NCBI GenBank assembly: GCA_017634975.1
Contig: JAGBMJ010000006.1
Coordinates: 3,901-67,900 of the forward strand
Origin: Lachnospiraceae bacterium
GTDB lineage: Bacteria; Bacillota; Clostridia; Lachnospirales; Lachnospiraceae
DNA length: 64,000 bases
Direction: 5' to 3'
The notes under the pieces were generated by a model, which did no database searches, had not been told where the DNA came from, and saw only the letters and a program-made list of their open reading frames with translations. The position numbers and the translations under genes are program-made. Below, one piece after another: positions 31,225 through 42,156 of the stretch (positions are counted from its first letter, which is position 1; each line of letters starts with the position of its first letter).

Positions 31225-31848
31225 CTAACAATCAATGCATCCATAACAAGATCTTAACGCCAAATGCCGATGAATACTGAATCCATTTTTATTTATGCCA
31301 TCTATATCATGATACTTTCCAACATATATTCTGTCGCCATTATGATCAACATCACTGCACCACACAAAATCATGATACCACAGTTTAGTATTCCTAGTTA
31401 GCCATGTAACAAAAAAAGCGTATGTGCATGTAATCGCTGTCGGAAATGAATAACGTTCTTTCAAATCATCCGGTTGAACAGCTCTGCTTTCGTCATAAAC
31501 CGTTTTTCGAATCAAAAACCATTCATCTTGCATTTGTGTGTCAATAAAGTCTTCTTTTAAATACCAATCTTGATTATAAAAGCAAGGTTCCATAACATCT
31601 GGATTTTTACCAAAAATATCCATCAAAGTTCTGATCGTTATGGGATAACCGTTTGATAACCTTGAAACACCTAAAATCAAGAAATAATCATTTTTTTTAG
31701 TAACAAGCATTTCTCTGGAAAACGGTATCATGGGAATCTCATTCGGAATCATAGGTGATAACAATCTCAAATCATTCAACTCAGATGCACCTATTATACT
31801 ATCCCCCATTATGTCTATTGCGTCTTCTAGTGCGATGTAATTATGCAT
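31225..31848 (-). CDS. Hypothetical protein of the nonulosonate cluster
   Basis: Translationally coupled (TAATG) to the upstream gene; FYNQDWY, VWCSD, GDRIYVG. Confidence 0.7.
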   Translation of the reverse strand: MHNYIALEDAIDIMGDSIIGASELNDLRLLSPMIPNEIPMIPFSREMLVTKKNDYFLILGVSRLSNGYPITIRTLMDIFGKNPDVMEPCFYNQDWYLKEDFIDTQMQDEWFLIRKTVYDESRAVQPDDLKERYSFPTAITCTYAFFVTWLTRNTKLWYHDFVWCSDVDHNGDRIYVGKYHDIDGINKNGFSIHRHLALRSCYGCIDC

Positions 31849-32435
31849 TATAAAAGAGATTCCTTCCATTTTTGATATTCTATAACCTCCTGTGCAGTAG
31901 CGAGGTGGCCCAACGCTGAATACTTCTCAATTCGCTCAAATTCCCCCAAAAGCCGGTCAAAACGCATTCCCCATCCATGATCCACAAACCAGTTTAGATT
32001 CCTTACCGGCGTATTGTACAATATCAAGCCACTATGAGTATCTAACACCTCACGAAGAAATGTTAAATACGCTCTATATTGGTGGTCATGTGATGCGACC
32101 AAAGCAAGTTTCTTCCACCCTTTTTCTTTAGCCATCTTAACGATTTCAACTGCCTGCTGTCTGGTTTGCATAGATTTATCTTCGTGAATTATATCTTTTT
32201 CAGGGACTCCACCATTCACGATATATGGTTTAACTTCACTAAAAGGATAACTACCATAGTCTTTATCAACAACATTCCCACTAAAAACAATTTTTGATAC
32301 CATACCAATATTATATAGTTCAACCGCTTTTTGGAAACGAAAGAAACCATCTCCCTCTAGCAGGATTGCTGCGTCAGATTTTGTAAAGCAATCATTATCT
32401 ACAAGCGCCATGATAGTTTCTCTTTCTGTTATCAT
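31848..32435 (-). CDS. YdcF/ElyC (DUF218) family protein
   Basis: DAAILLEG, R..KAVELY, IVFSG, EDKSMQTRQQA, LVASHDHQYRA. Confidence 0.8.
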   Translation of the reverse strand: MITERETIMALVDNDCFTKSDAAILLEGDGFFRFQKAVELYNIGMVSKIVFSGNVVDKDYGSYPFSEVKPYIVNGGVPEKDIIHEDKSMQTRQQAVEIVKMAKEKGWKKLALVASHDHQYRAYLTFLREVLDTHSGLILYNTPVRNLNWFVDHGWGMRFDRLLGEFERIEKYSALGHLATAQEVIEYQKWKESLL

Positions 32436-32519
32436 CGCGTACTCCTCCTTTTATTCAACCGGATATTGTTGCTCGATAACTACTTAAATCCAAAATATCT
32501 ACGTCTTAACATTTGCCCT

Positions 32520-33581
32520 TTATAGATCTTCCCAAAAAATAGGATCTCTTGCTGGAATATCCCTTCTAATTATTTTTCCTATGACAGTATCCTTGTATTT
32601 TGGGGGAATGCCCAATGCCGGCCGAAGAACATCTATATCTTCAGCAGTAATGACCTGACCTGCTTTCAAATCCTTTTTAGCATATAAGCAACGGCGTTGC
32701 ACGAACACTGTTTCTCCTTCCTCTTCAACAACTTCTTTCCGAGTACTCCCCATTGCGCGTTCAACTTCACGAATAGAGTCAACCATAAATTTGAACTCAT
32801 CCGGTTCCATTGAATGAGGATGATCAGGTCCCTTATCTTTTTTATTTAATGTAAAGTGCTTTTCGATCACACGTCCCCCCAAAACAACAGATGCAAGTGC
32901 CACAACATGTCCCGGCGAATGATCTGAATACCCAGTAAGGCAATCAAAAGCATTCTGATAGGTCTTTAATACGTTCACATTAGCACTGTCAATCTTAGAA
33001 GGATAATTAGTAATACACTGCATCAAAACAAGATCTCTATTTCCCGTCTTTTCAATCGTGCGTACCGCTTCATCTATTTCTGCCATAGTTGCATCACCGG
33101 TTGCAAGCATCACCGGTATACCTTTTCTTGCTGTATAGTCCAGCATTTCAAGCCACGTAATTTCTCCAGACCCGATTTTGATAAAAGGAAGCTTCATATC
33201 TGCGCAAAGGTCTACTGCCTCCTTAAAATACGGTGATGTAGAAAAGTCTATATCAACACTCCTACAGTAGTCTGCAATTTCCTGATGCCATTCCATAGGG
33301 AATTCAACATCTTTAAAGACCTCAGAAACAGTCTTTCCCCAAGATCCATGAACCCCATGAAGCGTCATTTTAGAGAATCCGCCCTCCGAAACTATCGTTT
33401 CTGCTGTAAATGTCTGAAATTTAGCACAATCAGCTCCTGCTCCCTTTGCTGCATCAATAAGCCTTTTTGCCTTATCGATATCCCCATCAAAATTTCCACC
33501 AATTTCCGCAATAAAGTACGTCGGATAATCCGGCCCAATCATGCGCTTTCCAATTTTAATGTTTTTGTTAAAACCAAGCAT
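32520..33581 (-). CDS. Nonulosonic acid synthase (NeuB/PseI family) with C-terminal AFP-like domain
   Basis: FIAEIGGN, AKFQT, KIGSGEI, GYSDH, IEKHFT, GPDH. Confidence 0.93.
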   Translation of the reverse strand: MLGFNKNIKIGKRMIGPDYPTYFIAEIGGNFDGDIDKAKRLIDAAKGAGADCAKFQTFTAETIVSEGGFSKMTLHGVHGSWGKTVSEVFKDVEFPMEWHQEIADYCRSVDIDFSTSPYFKEAVDLCADMKLPFIKIGSGEITWLEMLDYTARKGIPVMLATGDATMAEIDEAVRTIEKTGNRDLVLMQCITNYPSKIDSANVNVLKTYQNAFDCLTGYSDHSPGHVVALASVVLGGRVIEKHFTLNKKDKGPDHPHSMEPDEFKFMVDSIREVERAMGSTRKEVVEEEGETVFVQRRCLYAKKDLKAGQVITAEDIDVLRPALGIPPKYKDTVIGKIIRRDIPARDPIFWEDL

Positions 33582-33598
33582 TATTGTCCCCTCGCTTT

Positions 33599-34783
33599 TT
33601 ATTTCATTTTGTTATATTCATCTATTGTTTTTTCTAATACCTCAGCCTGTTTCTTTGCATCCTCTATATCCCAATAATTTGTTTTCAGTTGAATCATTCT
33701 CTTTTGCAGGTACTCTGCATTGGGGCAACACTTTTCATTATACTCTTGCCATACTCCGTCCATCGGTTGTAGAACATTTTGATAGGCCGGTTCATTATAA
33801 GACAATTTCCAAGCAGCATAATAACCATCACCACCATTCTTTTGAAAAAGATTGCGAAAAACATACCAATCTTTATCAGGGTTATCTGTATTCAAAACCA
33901 TACTATATGTCCAATACGAGTTATGATAACCATCTGGTTCCATTTGAGCTTTTACAATACTTTGACTTTTTACTACCTTATCAAAAATATGTGCAACCTC
34001 TATTCTTCTTTGAACAAGTTCTTCAGCCCTCTCTAATTGTCCCAATGCACATGCTGCCTGTAATTCTGACATACGGTAATTATATCCAAACGAAATGTGT
34101 CTGCTGTAATTCGGATCCTGTATATCATTTCTAGTTATCTTCCCCTGCTTGGCACTTACCCCCGCATACCCAAGGCAATTCAAGCGCCGCGCCTTGTCCG
34201 CAAGTTCCTCATTATTTGTGATAAGCATCCCCCCCTCTCCACTAGTTAGGTGTTTGCTTGCCTGAAAACTAAAACTTGCAAAATCGCCAAATTCTCCTAC
34301 TAGTCTGCCTTTGTATGTTCCTAAAAAGCACTCAGCATTGTCCTCAATGAGTGCAATGCCATATTTTTTACAGATTTCTATTATCCTGTCATAATCTGGT
34401 GCCAAACCATAAAGCGATACAGTAATAATCGCTTTTGTCTTTTCAGTTATGCATTTCTCAATACTATCCGCTGAAATCTCAAAAGTATCAATATCACTAT
34501 CCGCAAATACAGGAATCGCCCCGCAAAGAACAACAGGAATAGATGTTGACGACATTGTAAGCGCCGGAACAATCACCTCATCTCCTTGGCCTACTCCACA
34601 AGCCATCAGTGCCACATGAAGTGTAGCCGTCCCATTGCAATGGCCAATAGCATATTTAGAATGAAACCCTTGTGCAAATGCAGATTCCAGTCGATTGTTA
34701 TAGAATGAATTTTGTGATGTATTAAATTCATTATTCAAAGCATCCAAAACATATTTTTTTTCAATTTCTGAAATACGTTCCAT
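33599..34783 (-). CDS. DegT/DnrJ/EryC1/StrS PLP-dependent aminotransferase
   Basis: NGTATLH, EDNAE, SFQASKHLTSGEGG, GYNYRM. Confidence 0.93.
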   Translation of the reverse strand: MERISEIEKKYVLDALNNEFNTSQNSFYNNRLESAFAQGFHSKYAIGHCNGTATLHVALMACGVGQGDEVIVPALTMSSTSIPVVLCGAIPVFADSDIDTFEISADSIEKCITEKTKAIITVSLYGLAPDYDRIIEICKKYGIALIEDNAECFLGTYKGRLVGEFGDFASFSFQASKHLTSGEGGMLITNNEELADKARRLNCLGYAGVSAKQGKITRNDIQDPNYSRHISFGYNYRMSELQAACALGQLERAEELVQRRIEVAHIFDKVVKSQSIVKAQMEPDGYHNSYWTYSMVLNTDNPDKDWYVFRNLFQKNGGDGYYAAWKLSYNEPAYQNVLQPMDGVWQEYNEKCCPNAEYLQKRMIQLKTNYWDIEDAKKQAEVLEKTIDEYNKMK

Positions 34784-34800
34784 TGATACATCTCCCTCCA

Positions 34801-35541
34801 TTATTGATACATAGCACTTCGCTTAACCTGAGAATTAATAATAGGAATACTCGGATTTTTTTCGAGAATTTCAAGTATCTCGTCCATTAAAAGAATGCCT
34901 GTATTTCCTTCTTTTCTCTTAGCATAGATTGCCTTCACCATTTCATAATCTTCTTGATTGTCAATCGTCCAACGATATGATGATAACTGTCTATCCGAAG
35001 CCACATTAGCTATTTTAAACTTATCTGAATTATGATAAACATACTGGGTAACATGCTCTCTTTCAAATGCATCTTGTGCATTCTTTTCCACATCTTCCAA
35101 CACTTTAAACGTAAATGCTTCACAATCAAGCCCTTCAGGATACGAAGGTGGATAATTATTCGTCACCAAATCAAGGTTTTCGTTTATTAATTTTGTAATA
35201 ACGTTATCAATTACCTCAGGTTCTTTAAATGGATCATCTGCAGTAATTCGAACAACAATATCCGACGGATATGCAACCGAGGCACAGTAATATCGATTAA
35301 GCACATCTTCCTCACTGCCGCGGAAACATTCTATGCATTCTGTTTTACACCATTCTTCTATTAAATTATCATTGGCATTAAAAGTCGTAGCAACGACAAT
35401 ACCATCTATCAACTTTGCATATCTTAATCTATTAACAACATGCCATATAAGCGGTTTGCCATCTATATCCGCAAATACTTTATTCGGGAATCTTGTCGAG
35501 CCACATCTGGCTTGTATAATTGCGTTCACCATTGTTTTCAT
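34801..35541 (-). CDS. SpsF/PseF-like cytidylyltransferase
   Basis: IIQARCGSTRFPNK, RGSEEDVL, RITADDP, REHVT, RWTID. Confidence 0.9.
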   Translation of the reverse strand: MKTMVNAIIQARCGSTRFPNKVFADIDGKPLIWHVVNRLRYAKLIDGIVVATTFNANDNLIEEWCKTECIECFRGSEEDVLNRYYCASVAYPSDIVVRITADDPFKEPEVIDNVITKLINENLDLVTNNYPPSYPEGLDCEAFTFKVLEDVEKNAQDAFEREHVTQYVYHNSDKFKIANVASDRQLSSYRWTIDNQEDYEMVKAIYAKRKEGNTGILLMDEILEILEKNPSIPIINSQVKRSAMYQ

Positions 35542-35542
35542 A

Positions 35543-36544
35543 TTAAATACTACCTATCTTAACCCTATTTTTTTCAATCCATTCTTGTAGTTGCGGTATA
35601 GTCATCCATTCAGTATTATTATCCGATGTATAACTGAACCCTTCCGGCACACGCTTGCCACCTTTAATCATTTTTGTCAAATCGCCGTCTCCCCATTCAT
35701 AAATTTGGGGAAGAATCTTAAAATGATGTTCATACTCATATGTAAAATGATCATCCTCCACCCCTATCATCTGTTCATGAAGTTTTTCACCCGGGCGAAT
35801 CCCGATTTCAATTTGTTTAGCAGTTGCATCAACAGCAGTTGCAATATCACAGATATTCATTGACGGTATCTTCTTGACATAGATTTCTCCCCCTTCCATA
35901 TCATCAAAAGCATGCCATACCAACTCAACTCCCTGTTCCAGCGAGATCATGAAACGAGTCATGCGCTTATCCGTGATAGTAAGTTTTCCACTTTGCGCTG
36001 TCTCCATAAAAAACGGAATAACAGATCCACGAGACCCCATAACATTACCATAACGAACAACCGCAAATTTAGTACGACCGCCTGTATATGAATTCCCTGC
36101 AATAAAAATCTTATCTGAACAAAGCTTTGTAGCTCCATAAAGATTAACCGGTTGACTGGCTTTATCGGTTGATAATGCTACTAATCTCTTAATCCCCTTA
36201 TCAATACAGGCATCTATCAGATTCATTGCGCCCAAAACATTAGTCTTTATGCATTCAAACGGATTATATTCTGCAGTAGGAACAATTTTCGTAGCCGCCG
36301 CGTGAACAACATAATCAACTCCGTCAAGGGCACGATACAAGCGATCCTTATCTCTCACATCCCCTATAAAGAAACGAACACGCGGATCATCCGGAAACTT
36401 TTTAGCCATATTCCACTGTTTCATCTCATCACGACTATAGATAATAATCTTTTTAGGATTATATTTCTTTAAGGTCATAGGAACAAAAGTATTTCCAAAA
36501 GACCCCGTCCCCCCTGTAACCAAGATCGTAGAATTTGTAAGCAT
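35543..36544 (-). CDS. pseB: UDP-GlcNAc 4,6-dehydratase (inverting)
   Basis: TGGTGSFG, SRDEMKQ, KIVPTAEYNPFE, STDKA, RYGNVMGSRGSV. Confidence 0.93.
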   Translation of the reverse strand: MLTNSTILVTGGTGSFGNTFVPMTLKKYNPKKIIIYSRDEMKQWNMAKKFPDDPRVRFFIGDVRDKDRLYRALDGVDYVVHAAATKIVPTAEYNPFECIKTNVLGAMNLIDACIDKGIKRLVALSTDKASQPVNLYGATKLCSDKIFIAGNSYTGGRTKFAVVRYGNVMGSRGSVIPFFMETAQSGKLTITDKRMTRFMISLEQGVELVWHAFDDMEGGEIYVKKIPSMNICDIATAVDATAKQIEIGIRPGEKLHEQMIGVEDDHFTYEYEHHFKILPQIYEWGDGDLTKMIKGGKRVPEGFSYTSDNNTEWMTIPQLQEWIEKNRVKIGSI

Positions 36545-36681
36545 TTATCATTCCTCCCTTGTCTTCTATGATTTATTAGTAAATCATTTTCTTAATATAA
36601 CTCTTTTATAACCCATACATTTTTCATTGCAAAAAAACTTATACATCAGATAAATTTTTTCTCTTTTTTCTAAACCCTATT

Positions 36682-37878
36682 CTATCTCTTATAATTATCT
36701 ACAATCTTTTTAATCGCATGAATTACATCTTCAACATCCTGATCCGTCATTTTGGGATATAGCGGTATACTCATTATTCCTTTATAAACCTCTTCTGCTA
36801 TTGGGCATAAACCCTTTTCATATCCAAGACGCTGATAAAACGGAAACCAATAAACCGGCACATAATGAATCTGGCACTGTATGTTTTCCGCACTCATAGC
36901 ATCAAAAAATTCACGACGTGTACACGTCAACCTGTCAAGATCAAGACGAATTATATAAAGATGCCTACACGTGTCAGAATCTGGTATATCTTTCTGTATG
37001 ATAATCTCCGGAATATTTTTAAACGCATCATTATATTTAGTTACAATTGCTTTTCTTCTTGCCACAAACATATCAAGTTTCTTCATCTGACTTACGATAA
37101 GTGCCGCTTGAAAATCAGTAATACGATAGTTATACCCTAAAGAAATCTGCTCGTAACACCATGGTCCCTCATGTTCCGGTTCCTCCATCAAATCTTTATC
37201 CCGAGTAATCCCATGAGAATGAGCAAGAACAAGTCTTTTATATAAAGTCTCATCATTTGTGGTAATCGCCCCGCCCTCACCGCCGGTAATTGTCTTTACC
37301 GGATGAAACGAAAAAGTAGTCATATCTGCAAGGCTTCCAACTTGTTTCCCCTTATACTTCGTTCCAAGCGAATGCGCTGCATCTTCAATAAGAACAAGAT
37401 TATGTTCATCACATATTTTTCGAATTGCATCAAATTCAACAGCCTGTCCAGTGAAATCAACCGCAATGACTGCTTTTGTTCTATCCGTAATCCTTTCTTC
37501 AACGCTCCTCGGATCGATATTATAGGTTTCTGGATTCACATCAGCAAAGACTGGTTTTCCTCCACAATAAATTACACAATTTGCTGACGCCGCAAAGGTA
37601 AGAGGGGTGGTTATCACCTCGTCTCCCTCCCCAATTCCTGCTGCAATACAGGCGCAATGAAGTGCTGCGGTTCCATTACTAACAGCCACTGCGTATTTTG
37701 CCCCCATAAAATCTTCCAGACTTCTTTCCATTTCATCTACTTTCGGTCCACATGTTATAAAATCAGACCGAAGAGTCTCTACAACTGCTTCAACATCAAT
37801 ATCATCTATCCATTGACGGCCATAATATATCTTCCCACCTCTTACTGGATATCCCCCCTTAATCGCAAGTCTCTCCAT
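36682..37878 (-). CDS. pseC: UDP-4-keto-6-deoxy-HexNAc aminotransferase
   Basis: YGRQWID, EDAAHSLG, SFHPVKTITGGEGG, HYVPVY. Confidence 0.9.
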   Translation of the reverse strand: MERLAIKGGYPVRGGKIYYGRQWIDDIDVEAVVETLRSDFITCGPKVDEMERSLEDFMGAKYAVAVSNGTAALHCACIAAGIGEGDEVITTPLTFAASANCVIYCGGKPVFADVNPETYNIDPRSVEERITDRTKAVIAVDFTGQAVEFDAIRKICDEHNLVLIEDAAHSLGTKYKGKQVGSLADMTTFSFHPVKTITGGEGGAITTNDETLYKRLVLAHSHGITRDKDLMEEPEHEGPWCYEQISLGYNYRITDFQAALIVSQMKKLDMFVARRKAIVTKYNDAFKNIPEIIIQKDIPDSDTCRHLYIIRLDLDRLTCTRREFFDAMSAENIQCQIHYVPVYWFPFYQRLGYEKGLCPIAEEVYKGIMSIPLYPKMTDQDVEDVIHAIKKIVDNYKR

Positions 37879-37912
37879 TCCCTTTCTCCTAACAACACTT
37901 ATATACTATAGT

Positions 37913-39301
37913 TCAAAAAATACTTCTTCTTTTAAACATTTTTATCACTTCAATTATGCCAATTGACAAAGCAATTATCCATCTTACAACCGGCTTATAT
38001 AATAATAACCTCGACGCCACAATTGCTCCAACAACAGCAATTATCCCTGGAATAAACTCTTTTAATCTCATATGAAAACTCATTGAATTTATTCTTCCAG
38101 CAACATAAAGATGAAAGCAAAACAACAACAGATATGAAACTATTGATGCCACAATAGCTCCGGTCATTCCATATCTGCCAATCAGCATATAATTCAAGAC
38201 CAGATCAATCGTTGCAGCCCCCACCGTTCCGGCAGCTATAATTTTCGTTTTTTTATTGTAAAATTCAAAATTCACAGGAAACTGGTATAAAAACGTGAAG
38301 TAAACAGGCAACACCATCATCGGCAACATTTCAAGTCTTCCCCAATATTCTTCATTTCCCATGATCATTCCAAGTTCTCTGACCGCAAGAACAAAGGCAA
38401 TCGTCAACGCCGTAAACAATTCTATATAATTTTTACACTTTATTTCCAACGCATTCCAATCTTTGTGGTTCAAATCATCGTAATAGAACGGACACCATGA
38501 TGTATTGATTGCATTTAAAACCGTTCTTAAAGCCGTTATTACTGTACAATATAAGCTATATACACCTATCTCGGCATTTTCCACCCCGCTTCTTTCCATA
38601 ACAATCCTGTCTGCTTGTGAAAGAACGCTATGTCCGAGCAGATGAAAAACTATCGGTGTTCCAACAGCAAATCCATAAATGCAATATTCTTTTTTTATCA
38701 TTATCGGATTTTGAAAAATAATCACAATCGCAACTATCAGCGCAATAACAATGTATGGAAATGAAGCTCCATATATTCTTCCTATGGACTTTTCGTATGT
38801 TCCAATGTTTATTAAAACAACAGATAATGCAACACATGAAACCGATACACAACAGGATAAGATCAGATTGGATAATGGTTTCTTTTCATAAATCATCATT
38901 TCCTGAATATAGGAAATAATTCCTCGTCCCATTGCGGTAAAATATAAAAGACTAGAAAGTCCCAAACCAAAACCAAGCATTTTAGAAACCATACCAATAA
39001 ATCCCAGATAAACCAGAAACAATACTGAACTGATTCCTACTGCAAGAATCAATATATTGCTTCTGAAATTCAAATAATCCTTCTCAAAACTATATTTTCC
39101 CGTAGCCAGACTATTTGTTACGCCCAACCCCACTATACAGGTTAGTACTGCAACCCACGAATTATAGACAGAATAAATACCAAATTGTTCTTTACCAAGA
39201 GCCCTGGAAAAATAAGGGGTCGTCAAAAACGCAATTCCCTGAAGAATTACAGATGATGCAATATTTATAACTACTGTTTTACTTATGCTTTTTTCACTCA
39301 T
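37913..39301 (-). CDS. Wzx-like polysaccharide flippase
   Basis: 462 aa, many TMs; TTPYFSRALG..FGIY, SQADR. Confidence 0.85.
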   Translation of the reverse strand: MSEKSISKTVVINIASSVILQGIAFLTTPYFSRALGKEQFGIYSVYNSWVAVLTCIVGLGVTNSLATGKYSFEKDYLNFRSNILILAVGISSVLFLVYLGFIGMVSKMLGFGLGLSSLLYFTAMGRGIISYIQEMMIYEKKPLSNLILSCCVSVSCVALSVVLINIGTYEKSIGRIYGASFPYIVIALIVAIVIIFQNPIMIKKEYCIYGFAVGTPIVFHLLGHSVLSQADRIVMERSGVENAEIGVYSLYCTVITALRTVLNAINTSWCPFYYDDLNHKDWNALEIKCKNYIELFTALTIAFVLAVRELGMIMGNEEYWGRLEMLPMMVLPVYFTFLYQFPVNFEFYNKKTKIIAAGTVGAATIDLVLNYMLIGRYGMTGAIVASIVSYLLLFCFHLYVAGRINSMSFHMRLKEFIPGIIAVVGAIVASRLLLYKPVVRWIIALSIGIIEVIKMFKRRSIF

Positions 39302-40410
39302 TTATGATTATTTAACAAATCATCCCTTGTAATCCTGGTAATTATAGATGCTAATTCATCATCGTTTTCGACTATAATCACCTTTTCAGGCTTCCTGTAT
39401 TTTTTTTTAATAAAACAAATATACTCAATTATACTCTTTACAGTTTCTTCTCCGTAATGTTCTAAATATTTTTTTACTGTAAACACTAACCACGGTTCTT
39501 TATCAAAAATAATTTTCGGCATAATATGAGCCGTCGAAAAATCCCCCACTAAAATATGGTTATCTGTTATAATATCCAGACAGATCAATTCCCACAAATT
39601 GTCCCCCCTGTCAATCTTAAAACCTTTATATCCATTTTCTATATCTTCCAGCGGATGACAACGTATTACACATGAATCCTCCAATCCTACCAATTCATGT
39701 TCTACCTTTTTTTTAATCTTGCCATACGTCAATGATAAATCCGGTTGAGACAAATATACTATCCTAACTTTTGTATATTTGTTATCCCCCTGATATGAAA
39801 AAACTTTGTAAATTTTCTCTTTTTGTTTAATATCACTTAACCATAGATTATTTATCCCCTGTATTTCAAAATCAGATTTTCCCTGAAAGTATGTCGGATT
39901 GTTCAAGTACATTTTTAAAGGAAAAATCTCTGGAAATCGTTTACCAAAAAAAGCGGCCACTCTTTTTCTGTTTTTAAAATCCGTCTTTATCCCATTTTCC
40001 CTATAACTACCACATCCATCTTCATACAGAATATGCTTACATCCCGGATTGCATAAAAGCAAAGATACAGTAGTAACCGTATAAAAACTCGTCAAAAACA
40101 ACTGATAATTCTTTGTTTCTTTGCCTCTTTTATATACCCTAAGGTGCTTCTTCAGATAGTAATCAGGGAATAAAGTACTCCAAAACGCTTCTTTTTTTTC
40201 CTTAACCCCCTCTTCCCCTTTCCCGTCAAATGAATAAACATTTTCAAAGGGAATAACCGCTATTAATTGCTCAAGAATTTTCTTTGCTTTGCAATATGAA
40301 TCTTGAAAAAACAAATCCACCTGATCATCGCAAAAATCAAATTCATATGTACATAAATTAATTATATTTAACACCTGTAATGGAGTTGCCGCGATTATTC
40401 CTATATTCAT
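39298..40410 (-). CDS. Putative sialyl/nonulosonyl transferase
   Basis: TPLQ, YEDGCGSY, YLSQP, RCHP, WEL, FSTA motifs of bacterial GT-B sialyltransferases; adjacent to pse genes. Confidence 0.7.
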   Translation of the reverse strand: MNIGIIAATPLQVLNIINLCTYEFDFCDDQVDLFFQDSYCKAKKILEQLIAVIPFENVYSFDGKGEEGVKEKKEAFWSTLFPDYYLKKHLRVYKRGKETKNYQLFLTSFYTVTTVSLLLCNPGCKHILYEDGCGSYRENGIKTDFKNRKRVAAFFGKRFPEIFPLKMYLNNPTYFQGKSDFEIQGINNLWLSDIKQKEKIYKVFSYQGDNKYTKVRIVYLSQPDLSLTYGKIKKKVEHELVGLEDSCVIRCHPLEDIENGYKGFKIDRGDNLWELICLDIITDNHILVGDFSTAHIMPKIIFDKEPWLVFTVKKYLEHYGEETVKSIIEYICFIKKKYRKPEKVIIVENDDELASIITRITRDDLLNNHK

Positions 40411-40444
40411 AATCTCACCTTAATTCATAATACCAATCTGCTGC

Positions 40445-41419
40445 TTATCCTTTGGATTTACGAATTTTCTTTATATAATATCCATACACCATATTATACA
40501 TCCGCGGCATTATCCCAATCAAAAGCACACCTATGATAGAAGATTTTTCAAATTCTTTTCTCCATCCAATCCGAAAACGCTGCTTTCTTATCAGCCTGCT
40601 TACTTTATATATATCTGCTGTGGTATTTTTCCCACCTCGAATAGCCGAATTTATATAGTATAAATAATTCACCACATACCCCAGCATCAGCTTGTTGTAA
40701 ATCTTTTTATTATACCGTTTACAGTCCCGCATAACAGTATTTAACGCATTAACCCTGTCATAACTGCACCCACTATCTTTTGTGCCTGTTATTGCATCGC
40801 TTCTCTGTCGATAATAATACAGTGCCGCATGAATATAATAAACCGATGTTGCCTCTTTCATCAACATATAGGTTGTCTTTATATCTTCATAATATTCTCC
40901 TACCGGATATCTTATTCTTTTGAATAATTCTATTCTATATAACTTATTCCATGCAAAGGGTCTGTAACCCTTATCATCCAAAAAGTGGCTTATAGCGTAT
41001 TCTTTAGACAACCTATCCCCTATACATTCAGATCCCTGCCATAGTTCCTCACATCTTCTGGTATAATCGCAACATACAATATCTACATTTTCTCGTACCA
41101 TTGCTTTCGCCATGTTCTCTATCATATAATGACTGATCACATCATCACTATCAATAAATGAAATAATTTCCCCCTTAGCAAGCTCAATCCCGTGGTTTCT
41201 TGCCGCAGATAGCCCCGCATTCGCCTGATGCACGACTCGCACTCGTTCATCTACTATATCATCGCACATTTCCCCACTTCGATCCGTCGATCCATCATCA
41301 ACTATGATAATATCCAAATTCTGATATGTCTGTGAAAGAACCGATTCAATGCATTCTTTCAAATAAGCCTCAACATTATAGACCGGTATAATAACCGAAA
41401 CCAGCGGATTTTCCATCAT
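40445..41419 (-). CDS. GT2 glycosyltransferase
   Basis: SVIIPVYNVE, DDGSTD, GLSAARN, FIDSDD, WNKLYR, YED. Confidence 0.93.
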   Translation of the reverse strand: MMENPLVSVIIPVYNVEAYLKECIESVLSQTYQNLDIIIVDDGSTDRSGEMCDDIVDERVRVVHQANAGLSAARNHGIELAKGEIISFIDSDDVISHYMIENMAKAMVRENVDIVCCDYTRRCEELWQGSECIGDRLSKEYAISHFLDDKGYRPFAWNKLYRIELFKRIRYPVGEYYEDIKTTYMLMKEATSVYYIHAALYYYRQRSDAITGTKDSGCSYDRVNALNTVMRDCKRYNKKIYNKLMLGYVVNYLYYINSAIRGGKNTTADIYKVSRLIRKQRFRIGWRKEFEKSSIIGVLLIGIMPRMYNMVYGYYIKKIRKSKG

Positions 41420-42156
41420 TATATAATGTTCCTCTCCAACGCTTTGCGTTTTTCTTCACCTAATCTATGTTCTTCTAAATACTCAACCTGTATAATGAAT
41501 TCCCGATATTTCTGCAATAGTTTCTGTATTTCTTCTCTATTTTCCTTATCATCTGTATATCTGCTAATCATCGGAACTCTTATCACTATAGATGGTACCT
41601 TTTCACGATGCATCAGCCAATCAAGGTTTTCCAAGTACTGTTTCAGGTTTCCACCCACGACTGTCATTGCGCGCTGATCATCCAGAATCTTCACATCAAT
41701 ATAAAATAAATCTATATACTCATAAGCAATTTCTAGTAATTCCGCCGGCACAAATAGCGCCGTTTCCGCAGCAATGTGAACATTCTTTTCATGCAAATGT
41801 TCACAGATTGGCACCAGTCGTTGCATCTGTAGCAAGGGTTCCCCCCCGGAAAAAGTCACCCCTCCCGGAAGTTCCTCCAACCCTTTATATTCGCCAACAT
41901 ACTCCCCGTAAAAATCCTTGTCTTTTAGCACCTCTTTGAGAAGCTCGTCTGATGTTATATACCGTCCAAATATTCCCTCTTTTCCATCCTTCACATATTT
42001 CTGTATTTCCGGGCTAATGTTCTCCGGATTACAACACCACGGGCAATGCAGGCTACATCCTTTTAAAAAAACTGTTGTCCTAATCCCCGGTCCATCATGA
42101 AGCGAAAAACGTTGTATATTAGTAATTAGAAGTCTATCATCCTTTACGCGCTCCAT
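41419..42156 (-). CDS. Glycyl-radical enzyme activating enzyme (radical SAM)
   Basis: HDGPGIRTTVFLKGCSLHCPWCCNPE, GGVTFSGGEP. Confidence 0.92.
   Translation of the reverse strand: MERVKDDRLLITNIQRFSLHDGPGIRTTVFLKGCSLHCPWCCNPENISPEIQKYVKDGKEGIFGRYITSDELLKEVLKDKDFYGEYVGEYKGLEELPGGVTFSGGEPLLQMQRLVPICEHLHEKNVHIAAETALFVPAELLEIAYEYIDLFYIDVKILDDQRAMTVVGGNLKQYLENLDWLMHREKVPSIVIRVPMISRYTDDKENREEIQKLLQKYREFIIQVEYLEEHRLGEEKRKALERNII

Noticed and set aside
20646-40199. A/T homopolymers of 8-9 nt in glycan genes as phase-variation sites (e.g. 20646, 30541, 39400, 40192)
   Set aside because: Expected by chance in AT-rich DNA; frames are intact and there are no long G/C tracts.
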